Origin: Elusimicrobiota bacterium
Lineage (GTDB): Bacteria > CG03 > SLGR01 > JBDRKX01
Assembly (NCBI GenBank): GCA_043813605.1
Contig: JBDRKX010000096.1
Location: forward strand, 1 to 50,492
Direction: 5' to 3'
Length of the DNA: 50,492 bases
Part shown: piece after piece, positions 20,901 to 29,317 of the stretch
Numbering within the stretch: the stretch's first letter is position 1
Layout: the number at the start of each line of letters is the position of its first letter
Program-made: the position numbers and the translations under genes
Notes under the pieces: generated by a model
Told to the model about the DNA's origin: nothing
Seen by the model: only the letters and a program-made list of their open reading frames with translations
The model's database searches: none

Positions 20901-21095
20901 ATGCTCCACTTCTTCGGCAGTTGCGCCCGGATAACTGGCTGTTACATGCGCGTGATCAAACTCCATATCAGGCATCTCTTCCATGCTGGTGCTGTTCCAG
21001 GCAAAAATACCGCCGACAAACACAATGATAAACATCAGATTTGTCAGCAGATGCCGTTTGACAAAAAATGCTATAAATTTCTTTAATACTTCCAT
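17934..21095 (-). CDS. RND (AcrB/AcrD/AcrF family) efflux permease
   Basis: 1053 aa; YPGATAEEVE, GMIVDDAIVVSENI, GVVVNDSII, RLRAVMLTT. Confidence 0.95.
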   Translation of the reverse strand: MEVLKKFIAFFVKRHLLTNLMFIIVFVGGIFAWNSTSMEEMPDMEFDHAHVTASYPGATAEEVEHFVTRPLEDAVKGLDGVYRITSTSSDGGCNISIDFEQNYPDMDGALMEVRNAVLDVQLPADVRDDPEVHVWKTTKMAIIDIVLIDTTRHLLDIESRRQLQQYAYTLEQQLLNLPEVNSIEKSGYLQEEIQIMVDPVKLIKFDIPFNTAMREVINNHVRQPAGNIEIKGEPKVTLLSELDTVEKLNDLVIQGGFEGHVVKLDEVAGIKRGYEKNKSINKVNGNEAIVLRVIKNTSYGILEALESVKKQVKSFQKNNLKGMEIELFALDDESVDLKNRLSIVVANGSIGFVLILIMLFIFLDFRSGVWVAMGIPFTLCFSMICAYIMGYTINNITLSAVIIVLGMIVDDAIVVSENISRLRSEGMSSEKAAVEGTAFVFTPVIGSILTTCIAFVPLFFFRARFGKMLQFIPPVIFFMLGASLFESLIILPGHMHLSFPGFNKLVSKFRKNISRPKKTHWFIKVEDSYGNFLSRILPFKWVVFPVFIFLLIFSMYIVKSKMKFVMFPNEETRQISISGEAAPEVDRFETARLTKQIEDMLTPYIGKEVIGFTTSIARSRWGRAVEENKFRMNIEIVPKEKRDKSAEQLIKEFETQFAVIKDFKEIIVTKSRWGHGSGSPIEVIVQENNDNIRNEVAEQLSKSMEQHPALENIEIERPMENPEYKISLRREKIKRLSINPLDVSSTLRAALQGTVLYELSVGDEKVDVRFTIIDKAKDDINKILDLPIENTGDYLVPLRDIVDVNRTITPNSIERKDSKRITTIYADIRKESKLTPVEIAQELESRVFPGILSKHPTTMLNFEGEVKDTRESTGDFTNAIIMAVLLIYIVLTLVFGSLTKPIIIMLAIPFGIIGVVLAFWLHGKVLFGFFAAIGAVGLAGVVVNDSIIMIAKLTNNYDNSRGKKDSNNQIASIAKTRLRAVMLTTVTTVAGLLPTAYGFTGYDAMLAEMMLALTWGLLFGTFITLILVPCVYSFSQDIRFFKQKIFNTGTSNE

Positions 21096-21121
21096 TATTT
21101 TTTATTTAGACAGATTAAAAT

Positions 21122-21145
21122 AATACAATGTTTCATTATTGTATT
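21122..21145. promoter_or_regulatory. Candidate operator (8-8-8 inverted repeat) upstream of the RND gene
   Basis: AATACAAT-gtttcatt-ATTGTATT between a TATAAT (21168-21173, minus) and the ATG. Confidence 0.35.
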
Positions 21146-21233
21146 CGATTTAGTAAAATTATTAGATATTATACATTAAAATCCGTAATTTTATCCAGAT
21201 TATAGTTTCCCCGTTTTTTTTCATTACAGTACA

Positions 21234-21264
21234 TTGTCAGCCTGCCTTATCGGCAGGCTGACAA
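21234..21264. terminator. Perfect 13-bp hairpin after glnA (terminator or mRNA 3' stabiliser)
   Basis: TTGTCAGCCTGCC-ttatc-GGCAGGCTGACAA; no clear U tract. Confidence 0.55.
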
Positions 21265-21310
21265 GACAGGATTTAGCATATTGAAAGCAGATTTGTAAGG
21301 ATATGCAGTT

Positions 21311-23413
21311 TTACATTACAAACATCATGTCCGTGTATGAAGGCAGCGGCCATATATAATTCGGGATCAGCGATTCCAGTTCGTCTACAGCACTGCGCAG
21401 GTTGTTTATGGCTTTTATCATTTCTCCGGATGATCCGCTGTTTATTGCGTTTGTCAGCTCTTTAATTCCCGACAAAGCGTCTTCAGTAAGAGAACAGACT
21501 GTTTTCAGCAATTCCATAGCATTAGGATTCTTGCAGCCGCTGTCTCTAACTATATTTACCGTGCCTGCAAGTTCGTTCTGATATTCCAGTGCCACAGGGA
21601 TTATCATTGTCCTGGCCATATCGAGAGCCACTCCTGCTTCTATTTCAATAGTCGTTTCATACTGTTCCTTATATATCTCATATCTTGACATGAGCTCAGT
21701 TTTAGAGAGTACTTTATGCTTTTCAAATAAGGCTATTGACTCTTCCTTTTTCATCGCTTCAAGTGCTTCAGGAGTTGTCTTCATATTTGGAAGCCCGCGC
21801 TTTTTAGCTTCTTTGTGCCACTTGTCAGTATAATTATCTCCGTTAAAAAGAATGCGTTTATGCTTTTTAACTATACCCTGAAGTATAGCCTGGAGTGACT
21901 CGTTGAAATCTTTTCCTGATTCGACAGAGGCTTCAAGTTCAGTACAAATTTCATCCAATGCATCTGCAACAATCGTGTTCAGGATAATATTTGCCCCGGC
22001 ACAGCTCTGATTGGAACCGACAGCCCTGAATTCAAATTTGTTGCCTGTAAAGGCAAACGGCGAAGTCCTGTTCCTGTCTGTAACATCACGCGCCAGGCGC
22101 GGCAGCGAAGTAACACCTACTTCAAGTGTACCGCCTTCTTTTGAACTCTTTGCTCCTCCACTTTCTATCTGCTCGATGATATCGGTCAGCTGTTCACCCA
22201 GAAATATTGACAATATTGCCGGGGGAGCTTCATTTGCCCCGAGCCTGTGGTCGTTACCTGCCGTAGCAACCGATGAACGCAGTAATCCTGCATGAGTATC
22301 TATAGCCTTCATCAAAGCCGCAATTATTGTAAGGAATTTTGCGTTCTCATGCGGGTTTTCACCCGGTGTAAGCCAGTTCTTTCCATCCGGTCCGCTTAAC
22401 GCCCAGTTATTGTGTTTACCTGAACCGTTAACTCCGGCATAAGGTTTTTCGTGCAGCAGGCATCTGAATCCGTGTTTCTCTGCAACCTGGTGCAGTATCT
22501 CCATCATGAGCATATTATGATCCACAGCAAGATTGAGCTCTTCAAATACCGGAGCTACTTCGAACTGCGCAGGACATACTTCATTATGACGTGTCTTTGC
22601 AGGTATGCCAAGTTTCCAGAGTTCTCTGTCAAGATCATCCATAAAAGTCATTACCCGTGTTTTTATGGCTCCAAAATAATGGTCATCAAGCTGCTGATGC
22701 TTAGATGGTATCCTTCCGAACAGCGTACGGCCTGTCTGCAGCAGATCGAGCCTTTCTTCGTAAAAAGAATTATCAATCAGGAAATATTCCTGTTCCGCTC
22801 CGAGGGTCGCATAGGCCCGCTTATTTTCACAGTCTATTCCGAATAATTTTGCCAGGCGGCATACCTGTTTACTCAGAGCGTTTATTGATCTTAAGAGAGG
22901 AGTCTTTTTATCAAGAGCTTCCCCGTTATAGGAATAGAAAGCCGTAGGTATGCAGAGTGTCGATCCCAGCTCTCCTTTTTTTATGAAAGCAGGGCTTGTC
23001 GGATCCCACGCTGTGTATCCCCGCGCTTCGAATGTTGCTCTCAGTCCCCCCGTTGGAAAACTCGATGCGTCGGGCTCTCCCTGTATAAGCTCCTTGCCGG
23101 AGAATTTCAGCATGACTCCGCCTTCGCCGTCCGGTGAAATAAAAGAATCATGTTTTTCTGCCGTCGCGCCGGTAAGCGGCTGGAACCAGTGTGTGAAATG
23201 CGTTGCCCCTTTTGAGACAGCCCATACCTTCATAGCATCCGCAACTTCGTCTGCTATTTTAGGATCTATTGTCTTCCCTTCCTTTATTGTTGCTCTTAGT
23301 GACTTATATGCATCCTCGGAAAGGAAATTGCGCATATTCTTTAAACTGAATACATTTTCCCCGTAAATATCTGCAATAGTCTGAACACTAGTAACTTCTA
23401 CTTTATTATCCAT
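21311..23413 (-). CDS. glnA: Glutamine synthetase type III
   Basis: 700 aa; [68 protein letters not shown]. Confidence 0.97.
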   Translation of the reverse strand: MDNKVEVTSVQTIADIYGENVFSLKNMRNFLSEDAYKSLRATIKEGKTIDPKIADEVADAMKVWAVSKGATHFTHWFQPLTGATAEKHDSFISPDGEGGVMLKFSGKELIQGEPDASSFPTGGLRATFEARGYTAWDPTSPAFIKKGELGSTLCIPTAFYSYNGEALDKKTPLLRSINALSKQVCRLAKLFGIDCENKRAYATLGAEQEYFLIDNSFYEERLDLLQTGRTLFGRIPSKHQQLDDHYFGAIKTRVMTFMDDLDRELWKLGIPAKTRHNEVCPAQFEVAPVFEELNLAVDHNMLMMEILHQVAEKHGFRCLLHEKPYAGVNGSGKHNNWALSGPDGKNWLTPGENPHENAKFLTIIAALMKAIDTHAGLLRSSVATAGNDHRLGANEAPPAILSIFLGEQLTDIIEQIESGGAKSSKEGGTLEVGVTSLPRLARDVTDRNRTSPFAFTGNKFEFRAVGSNQSCAGANIILNTIVADALDEICTELEASVESGKDFNESLQAILQGIVKKHKRILFNGDNYTDKWHKEAKKRGLPNMKTTPEALEAMKKEESIALFEKHKVLSKTELMSRYEIYKEQYETTIEIEAGVALDMARTMIIPVALEYQNELAGTVNIVRDSGCKNPNAMELLKTVCSLTEDALSGIKELTNAINSGSSGEMIKAINNLRSAVDELESLIPNYIWPLPSYTDMMFVM

Positions 23414-23447
23414 AACATTCCTCCTGTTGGTTTTTAATACATATTAC

Positions 23448-23475
23448 ATTATAAATAATCTTACCTAAAAGTAAA
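23448..23475 (-). promoter_or_regulatory. Possible internal sigma70 promoter for glnA
   Basis: TTTACT-N16-TATAAT upstream of an AGGAGG RBS. Confidence 0.4.
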
Positions 23476-23485
23476 CAATATATTT

Positions 23486-23827
23486 TTACCCTATCGCACT
23501 ACTTCCTTTTTCACCTGTCCTTATGCGTATGCATTCCGGCAGATCTAAAATAAATATTTTACCATCACCTATATTACCTGTCTTTGCCCCTTCTATTATC
23601 GCCTCGATCGTCGGCTTTACGAAATCCTCATTCACAGCTATTTCCAGCCTGACTTTTTTAAGAAGATTGACCTCATGCACTACACCCCTGTAAGTTTCCT
23701 CGTATCCTTTCTGCTGCCCGCAGCCGAGAGCATTGGTTACCGTCATTTTATAGACCTCCGCCTTATAAAGCGCCTCCTTTACATCAGGAAGCTTGTGCGG
23801 CTGTATCATTGCTATTATCAGTTTCAT
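23486..23827 (-). CDS. glnK: P-II nitrogen regulatory protein
   Basis: GCGQQKG..E.YRG T-loop, [17 protein letters not shown]; adjacent to amtB. Confidence 0.93.
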   Translation of the reverse strand: MKLIIAMIQPHKLPDVKEALYKAEVYKMTVTNALGCGQQKGYEETYRGVVHEVNLLKKVRLEIAVNEDFVKPTIEAIIEGAKTGNIGDGKIFILDLPECIRIRTGEKGSSAIG

Positions 23828-23855
23828 AATTTCCTCCTCAACATACTGTTGGTAA

Positions 23856-23899
23856 GGAGGGCCGGCCGATGTATGACTTTACCGGAGAATCGGCCCTCC
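23856..23899. other. Intergenic stem-loop between amtB and glnK
   Basis: GGAGGGCCG(23856-64)/CGGCCCTCC(23891-99) perfect 9-bp inverted repeat. Confidence 0.6.
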
Positions 23900-23911
23900 A
23901 ATCTCATTTTC

Positions 23912-25249
23912 TTAATTTGTTGTGAATATCTGAAATCCAGCATATGTCTCCATGCCATGCTGGGTGATATCCAATCCTTTCAATTCTTCCTCACGGGACA
24001 CCCTCAATCCGCTGGTCTTATCTATAAGCTTAAATACAATACCCATTATCACAAGGACAAACACTGCTACAACAGCCACTCCGAGAAGCTGAACTCCAAG
24101 CTGCGCAAACCCGCCGCCGTGAAGCAGCCCGTCTCTTGCCAGCCCCAGCGCCTTTCGTCCGAATATCCCGACAGCCAGTGTTCCCCAGATGCCGTTCATC
24201 ATATGCACCGGCACCGCGCCCACAGGATCATCAATGTGAACCATATCCAGGAAAACTGTGCCAAGCACCACTATTATCCCGGCTATCGCGCCTATTACGA
24301 TCGCTTCATGCGGCATGACAAATGCGCATGGAGCGGTTATTGCCACAAGTCCCGCAAGCGCACCGTTCATAGTCATCGTAAGATCCGGTTTCCCGAACTT
24401 CTTCCATGCAAAAAACATTCCGCTTAAAGCCCCTGCCACCGCCGCCATGTTTGTAACGACAGCTACATGGGCTATCTGGGATCCGTCGCCCACACTCAGC
24501 GTAGAACCCGGATTGAAGCCGAACCAGGCAAACCATAATATAAGTGTACCGAGAGATGCCAGTGTCATTGAATGGCCTTCAATGGCATTCGCTGATCCAT
24601 CCTTATTATATTTCCCTATTCTCGGACCTAGGATAGCCGTACCTATCAAAGCGGCGCTGCCTCCCACTGTATGAACTACTGTGGAACCCGCAAAATCCGC
24701 GAAATCGAGCCCGGCAAGCCATCCCCCACCCCATATCCAGTGTCCGACTATCGGATACACGGTCGCGGAGATAATAAATGAGTATATGAGGTATGCTTTG
24801 AATTTCATCCTTTCCGCTATTCCGCCAGCTACTATAGTCGCCGCGGCGCCGCAGAAAACGGCGTGAAAAAGCCAGTTTGCGTATAGAGGCAGATTATTAT
24901 GGGTTTCAGCTCCATTTAGAAACCAGCCTGTAAATCCCATAAACCCGTTTCCCGTACCGAACATAATGGCATAACCAAATATATAAAATCCCATCGATGC
25001 CATACAGAAATCAAGGAAATTGTTCATTAGCACATTACACGTATTTTTCGTTCTTATGAGACCCGCTTCAAGCATCCCGAAGCCCGCCTGCATTATAAAT
25101 ACCATAAAGGCTGCAATCATCACCCATAATGTATCTATACCTGATGTACTGTTGATAGAAGCATTCTCAGCATATGCAGGGACAGATGCAAAATATACAG
25201 TTATTAAATGCATTAGCAAAAAAAACTTTACAATAAATTTCTTTTTCAT
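23912..25249 (-). CDS. amtB: Ammonium transporter
   Basis: FIMQAGF..LEAG, DFAGSTVVH, WFGFNPGS, DDPVGAVPVH; start taken at ATG 25249 after AAGGAGGT. Confidence 0.97.
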   Translation of the reverse strand: MKKKFIVKFFLLMHLITVYFASVPAYAENASINSTSGIDTLWVMIAAFMVFIMQAGFGMLEAGLIRTKNTCNVLMNNFLDFCMASMGFYIFGYAIMFGTGNGFMGFTGWFLNGAETHNNLPLYANWLFHAVFCGAAATIVAGGIAERMKFKAYLIYSFIISATVYPIVGHWIWGGGWLAGLDFADFAGSTVVHTVGGSAALIGTAILGPRIGKYNKDGSANAIEGHSMTLASLGTLILWFAWFGFNPGSTLSVGDGSQIAHVAVVTNMAAVAGALSGMFFAWKKFGKPDLTMTMNGALAGLVAITAPCAFVMPHEAIVIGAIAGIIVVLGTVFLDMVHIDDPVGAVPVHMMNGIWGTLAVGIFGRKALGLARDGLLHGGGFAQLGVQLLGVAVVAVFVLVIMGIVFKLIDKTSGLRVSREEELKGLDITQHGMETYAGFQIFTTN

Positions 25250-25265
25250 AATACCTCCTTTTTCC

Positions 25266-25309
25266 AAAAAAAAAGCGTCCTACTTACATCTTTGTTGCAA
25301 ATAGAACGC
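25266..25309 (-). terminator. Intrinsic terminator (attenuator) in the amtB 5' leader
   Basis: GCGTTCTATTTGCA-acaaaga-TGTAAGTAGGACGC (14 bp including G-U) plus T9, just upstream of the amtB RBS. Confidence 0.85.
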
Positions 25310-25350
25310 CTTCGTCCTTCTTGAAATATTTTCAGCCCTTCGCCGGACTG
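25286..25350 (-). promoter_or_regulatory. ANTAR-like hexaloop hairpins overlapping the amtB terminator
   Basis: GGAC-GAAGGC-GTTC (25304-17), AC-AAAGAT-GT (25286-95), and upstream CAGTCC-GGCGAA-GGGCTG (25333-50). Confidence 0.65.
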
Positions 25351-25414
25351 TTATTCTCTTATGTTTATGTTAATACAAGTAAAATAACACTGTTTTTGTT
25401 AACCCCATAAACTA

Positions 25415-27052
25415 CTACGACCGATATTTATTTGTTATCGGCATCCTCCTGTCTCTTCCGAAAGCTAATGGAGTGATCTTTATTCCGGGCGGTGACTGCC
25501 TTCTTTTGTATTCATTCCTGTCAACCATTGATAAGACTTCTTTTACAAGTTCCGGATCATAACCTGAAGAAACAATATCATCCAGACACTTGTTCTCTTC
25601 TATATATGATTTCAGTATATTATCAAGCAGATCATACGGAGGTAAAGTGTCCTTGTCTTTCTGCGATGGTTTAAGTTCCGCGGTGGGTTCTTTGATAAGT
25701 ATATTATCGGGTATCACCTTGCCGATGGCATTCCTGTATTCTGCCAGTTCATATGCCAGTGTCTTCGGAACATCTTTGATCGGAGCAAAACCTCCGGCCA
25801 TATCGCCATATAAAGTTGCATAGCCCGTGCTCATTTCTGACTTATTTCCAGTTGTCACTACAAGCCAGCCGAATTTATTAGACAGTGCCATCAGTATATT
25901 TCCTCTGATCCTTGCCTGGATATTCTCTTCTGTAACATCATCCTCCATATTATGAAAAATGAGATTCATTGTCTTATCATACATTTTATATAACTCATCG
26001 ATCGCTATTTTAATGAATCGTACTCCCAGGTTTTCAGCAAGTTCACAGGCATCTTTTTCTGATTCCTGTGAAGTATATTCTGAAGGCATAAATATACAGA
26101 CCACTCTTTCTTTACCAAGGGCATCTTTTGAAAGAGTAGACACCAGAGCGGAATCTATTCCGCCGCTCAAACCTATCACCACCCTGCTGAAATCATTCTT
26201 ATCTACATAATCCTTTATACCCAGCTTTAATGATTCATATGCTTCCGGTATTATGTCCAGCCTGTTTGAAAATTTAACAGAAGGCCTTCGGATGTCGTCT
26301 GATGATATACCGGTTCCTCTCAATTCAACTTCAGCTACCAGAAGTTCTTCTTTAAATGCAACGGCTCTGGCAATAAGGTCTCCATGGTTATTAACAATAA
26401 AACTCTGTCCGTCAAAGACCAGTTCATCCTGACCTCCAACAAGATTGCAATAAGAAATGTGAAGATCGTTCTTTCTGGCCAGTCCGCAGATTGTATCTTC
26501 CCTCTCTTTCATTTTACCCATATGATAAGGTGAAGCATTAATATTAACAATGAATTTTGTCTCATTTCCTATGTAACGGCTGATATCATCCCCGAATTCC
26601 CAGATGTCTTCACATATCATAAGAGCGGTCTGGTTGCCCGCCAAGGCAAATATCACAGGTTTATCCCCCGGCAAGAAATAGCGTTTTTCATCAAAGACAC
26701 CATAATTGGGAAGATTACGCTTACGGTAAATTCCGGTAATCCTCCCGTCGGACAAAACTGCCGCGGCATTGTGATACACATCTTCCCGGACATCTATAAA
26801 ACCGACAATAGCTGTTATACCATTTGTATATGAAGCTATATCCTTCATATTCTTAATATTCCCCTGTACGAATCCCTGCTTGAATATAAGATCCTCAGGA
26901 GGATATCCTGGAACCGCCAGTTCAGGAAATGAGATCAGGTCTATTTTCAGTGCCCGGGCTCTTTCTATGTATTCTTTAATCTTTCTGCAATTTCCTGTTA
27001 TGTCACCTACCGTACAATTGATCTGTGCACACGCTATGCGGACAATATTCAT
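25415..27052 (-). CDS. nadE: Glutamine-dependent NAD+ synthetase
   Basis: N-terminal nitrilase domain (FPEL, LPNYGVFDEKRYF, ICEDIW) plus GLSGGIDS, ENIQARIRG, TGNKSE. Confidence 0.97.
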   Translation of the reverse strand: MNIVRIACAQINCTVGDITGNCRKIKEYIERARALKIDLISFPELAVPGYPPEDLIFKQGFVQGNIKNMKDIASYTNGITAIVGFIDVREDVYHNAAAVLSDGRITGIYRKRNLPNYGVFDEKRYFLPGDKPVIFALAGNQTALMICEDIWEFGDDISRYIGNETKFIVNINASPYHMGKMKEREDTICGLARKNDLHISYCNLVGGQDELVFDGQSFIVNNHGDLIARAVAFKEELLVAEVELRGTGISSDDIRRPSVKFSNRLDIIPEAYESLKLGIKDYVDKNDFSRVVIGLSGGIDSALVSTLSKDALGKERVVCIFMPSEYTSQESEKDACELAENLGVRFIKIAIDELYKMYDKTMNLIFHNMEDDVTEENIQARIRGNILMALSNKFGWLVVTTGNKSEMSTGYATLYGDMAGGFAPIKDVPKTLAYELAEYRNAIGKVIPDNILIKEPTAELKPSQKDKDTLPPYDLLDNILKSYIEENKCLDDIVSSGYDPELVKEVLSMVDRNEYKRRQSPPGIKITPLAFGRDRRMPITNKYRS

Positions 27053-27064
27053 TTTATCACTCCC

Positions 27065-27589
27065 TTATACTGCCATAGCCATTTTTGAGGCTTTACTCTT
27101 TATGTTATTCAGTATCTTATGGACTCTTACGAATGATATTTTAAGGGCTGCAGCCGTTTCCCGCAGAGTATATCCGCCAAGTGTAAGTGACAGCACTTCC
27201 TTTTCTCTTTCTGTCAAGTCTTCTTTTTCAATATCTTCTTTTAATATTTTCCCCTCCAGCAATTCGTATTCGTCTTCATTTTCATCACTGTTGTCATATA
27301 CATCGATAAGCCCCTTTGATCTGTCGTCATCAGTATATTCATCCAGAGTTAAAGTCTCATAACTCCTGTTATATTTTCTCAGATGATTTTTTATATGAAA
27401 CCAGCAGCTCTGAAGAATATAACTGTTGTTAAAACCTTCGATCTCGCTGTTCTTCCACCTGTTCATCAAATTTATCATCATCTCCTGCACCATATCATCG
27501 GAATCGAATGAGCTGTCGTTACTGGAAATATTTTTAGATATAGCTACCAGCCCAGGTGATAATTCATCTAATAATTCTTCGAATTTCAT
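27065..27589 (-). CDS. Sigma-70 family, ECF-like sigma factor (174 aa)
   Basis: Region 2-like DDMVQEMMINL...HIKNHLRK; region 4 LTEREKEVL..GYTLRETAAALKIS..RV; ATG 27589 after AAGGAG. Confidence 0.8.
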   Translation of the reverse strand: MKFEELLDELSPGLVAISKNISSNDSSFDSDDMVQEMMINLMNRWKNSEIEGFNNSYILQSCWFHIKNHLRKYNRSYETLTLDEYTDDDRSKGLIDVYDNSDENEDEYELLEGKILKEDIEKEDLTEREKEVLSLTLGGYTLRETAAALKISFVRVHKILNNIKSKASKMAMAV

Positions 27590-27593
27590 AGAA

Positions 27594-27746
27594 GTACTCC
27601 TTCCTCTGCATATTAATGCAGAAATAATAAGCACCTTTGCGACTATATTTACTTCTTTGTTTGATTTAAAGGACTGCTGTGTCTCTTTATGGAATGTTCA
27701 GCTTTGAACTGCAATTAAATTTTAACTTATTCCAGCCGCCTTTGTC
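27594..27746 (-). promoter_or_regulatory. Sigma-gene leader: ANTAR-like hairpins plus an RBS-sequestering stem
   Basis: GTTC-AAAGCT-GAAC (27696-709), AC-AAAGAA-GT (27651-60), GC-AAAGGT-GC (27631-40); stem 27634-27617 pairs with 27610-27594, covering AAGGAG. Confidence 0.65.
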
Positions 27747-29166
27747 AACCGAGATATTCGTCTATTTTCTTAGCGGCTTCCATACCGTGATTTATCGCTT
27801 TAACAACAAGCGAGGCTCCTGTGTCCGCATCACCGGCGGCAAAGACACCCCCGACGGAAGTACTGTAGTTTTCTGTCATGATATTTCCGCATTCGTCATA
27901 TTCCACGCCAAGGTCTTTAAGGAGCCTCGAATGCTCTACATGGATAAATCCCATAGCAAGGATCACCATATCCACCTTAACAGTGAACTCACTGCCGGGT
28001 ATTTCTTCCATAACGGGCCGGCAGCTTCCGGGCGGTGTCTCCCAACGCACTCTGGTACAATGGACTTTTTTAACCTTTTTATTCTCTCCTGTAAATCCCT
28101 TTGTTGTTATAGCCCAGTCCCGCTCAACACCTTCCTCATGCGAAGATGTAGTACGCAGAATGACCGGCCAGTCCGGCCAACTGAAATTCCAGGGTTCATC
28201 CCATTCCTGCGGACGAGGCAGTATCTCGAACTGATATACTTTTTTAGCGCCCTGCCTGTTGGCTGTGCCCACGCAATCAGAACCGGTATCACCGCCGCCG
28301 ATAACCAGTACATCTTTATCTTTTGCCGAAATAATGCTATCAGGTGATACTTCTCCGGCAACCATGCTGTTTGACTGTGTAAGGTATTCCATGGCAAAAT
28401 AGATGCCGTCAACTTCTCTTCCGGCGATATCTATGTCCCTTGGATAACCGGCACCTGTTGTCAGGAGAATCGCATCAAAGGATTTCTTCAGCCACCTTGC
28501 AGACATATCTTCGCCCATATTTGCATCCGTTTCAAATTTAATACCCGCCCGTACCATCTGTTTTATTCTCCTGTCGAGAACCCATTTTTCCAGTTTAAAA
28601 TCCGGAATACCGTACCGCAATATACCGCCTATTATATGGGCTTTTTCAAATACAGTCACATCATATCCCGTCTGCCTCAGCTTTATTGCCGCTGAAAGAC
28701 CGGCAGGACCGGAACCTATTACAGCGACCTTTTTTTCCAGCTCTTTTTTTGGTACCGGTATTTCCACCCAGCCTCTTTCAAATCCGTATTCTATAATTGC
28801 AAGTTCTACCTGTCTGATCGTTACGGGACTGTCGTTGATCGAAAGCGTACATGAAGCCTCACAGGTCGCAGGACATATCCTGCCGGTTATTTCGGGCAGG
28901 GTATTTGTCATCTCCAAACGATAGAGCGCTTCTTTCCAGCGGCCTTTATATACAAGGTCATTCCATTCGGGTATTAGATTACCTAGAGGACATCCCAAGG
29001 CATGGCAATACGGAACTCCACAGTCCATACACCTTGCCGCCTGTTCCTTGAGCTGTTCCGAAGACAGACACAGATTTACATCCCTGTAATCTTCAAGACG
29101 TTCACTTACCGGCCTGTATGGTGTATCCTTTCTTTTGAAATCTATAAATCCTGTCGGTTTTCCCAT
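27745..29166 (-). CDS. gltD: Glutamate synthase small subunit
   Basis: MGKPTGF, RCMDCGVPYC, GRICPATCE, GSGPAGL, GGGDTGSDC. Confidence 0.97.
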   Translation of the reverse strand: MGKPTGFIDFKRKDTPYRPVSERLEDYRDVNLCLSSEQLKEQAARCMDCGVPYCHALGCPLGNLIPEWNDLVYKGRWKEALYRLEMTNTLPEITGRICPATCEASCTLSINDSPVTIRQVELAIIEYGFERGWVEIPVPKKELEKKVAVIGSGPAGLSAAIKLRQTGYDVTVFEKAHIIGGILRYGIPDFKLEKWVLDRRIKQMVRAGIKFETDANMGEDMSARWLKKSFDAILLTTGAGYPRDIDIAGREVDGIYFAMEYLTQSNSMVAGEVSPDSIISAKDKDVLVIGGGDTGSDCVGTANRQGAKKVYQFEILPRPQEWDEPWNFSWPDWPVILRTTSSHEEGVERDWAITTKGFTGENKKVKKVHCTRVRWETPPGSCRPVMEEIPGSEFTVKVDMVILAMGFIHVEHSRLLKDLGVEYDECGNIMTENYSTSVGGVFAAGDADTGASLVVKAINHGMEAAKKIDEYLG

Positions 29167-29317
29167 TTATTTCGCTCCGCTCAATAGATGAGCCTTAAGC
29201 TTTAAGCTGTAAGAATTATTCAATAATAAAATCATGCTATAGAAAATTATATTTGATCTTATTAATGCTCTATTCATTTTTTTGTAGCCTACTGCTTATC
29301 ACTTATAGCTGCTTGTA

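Noticed and set aside
23432..23448. GlnR/TnrA-like box (TGTAA-N7-TAAAA) before glnA
   Set aside because: Mismatch to TGTNA-N7-TNACA in very AT-rich DNA, and no GlnR/TnrA gene in the window
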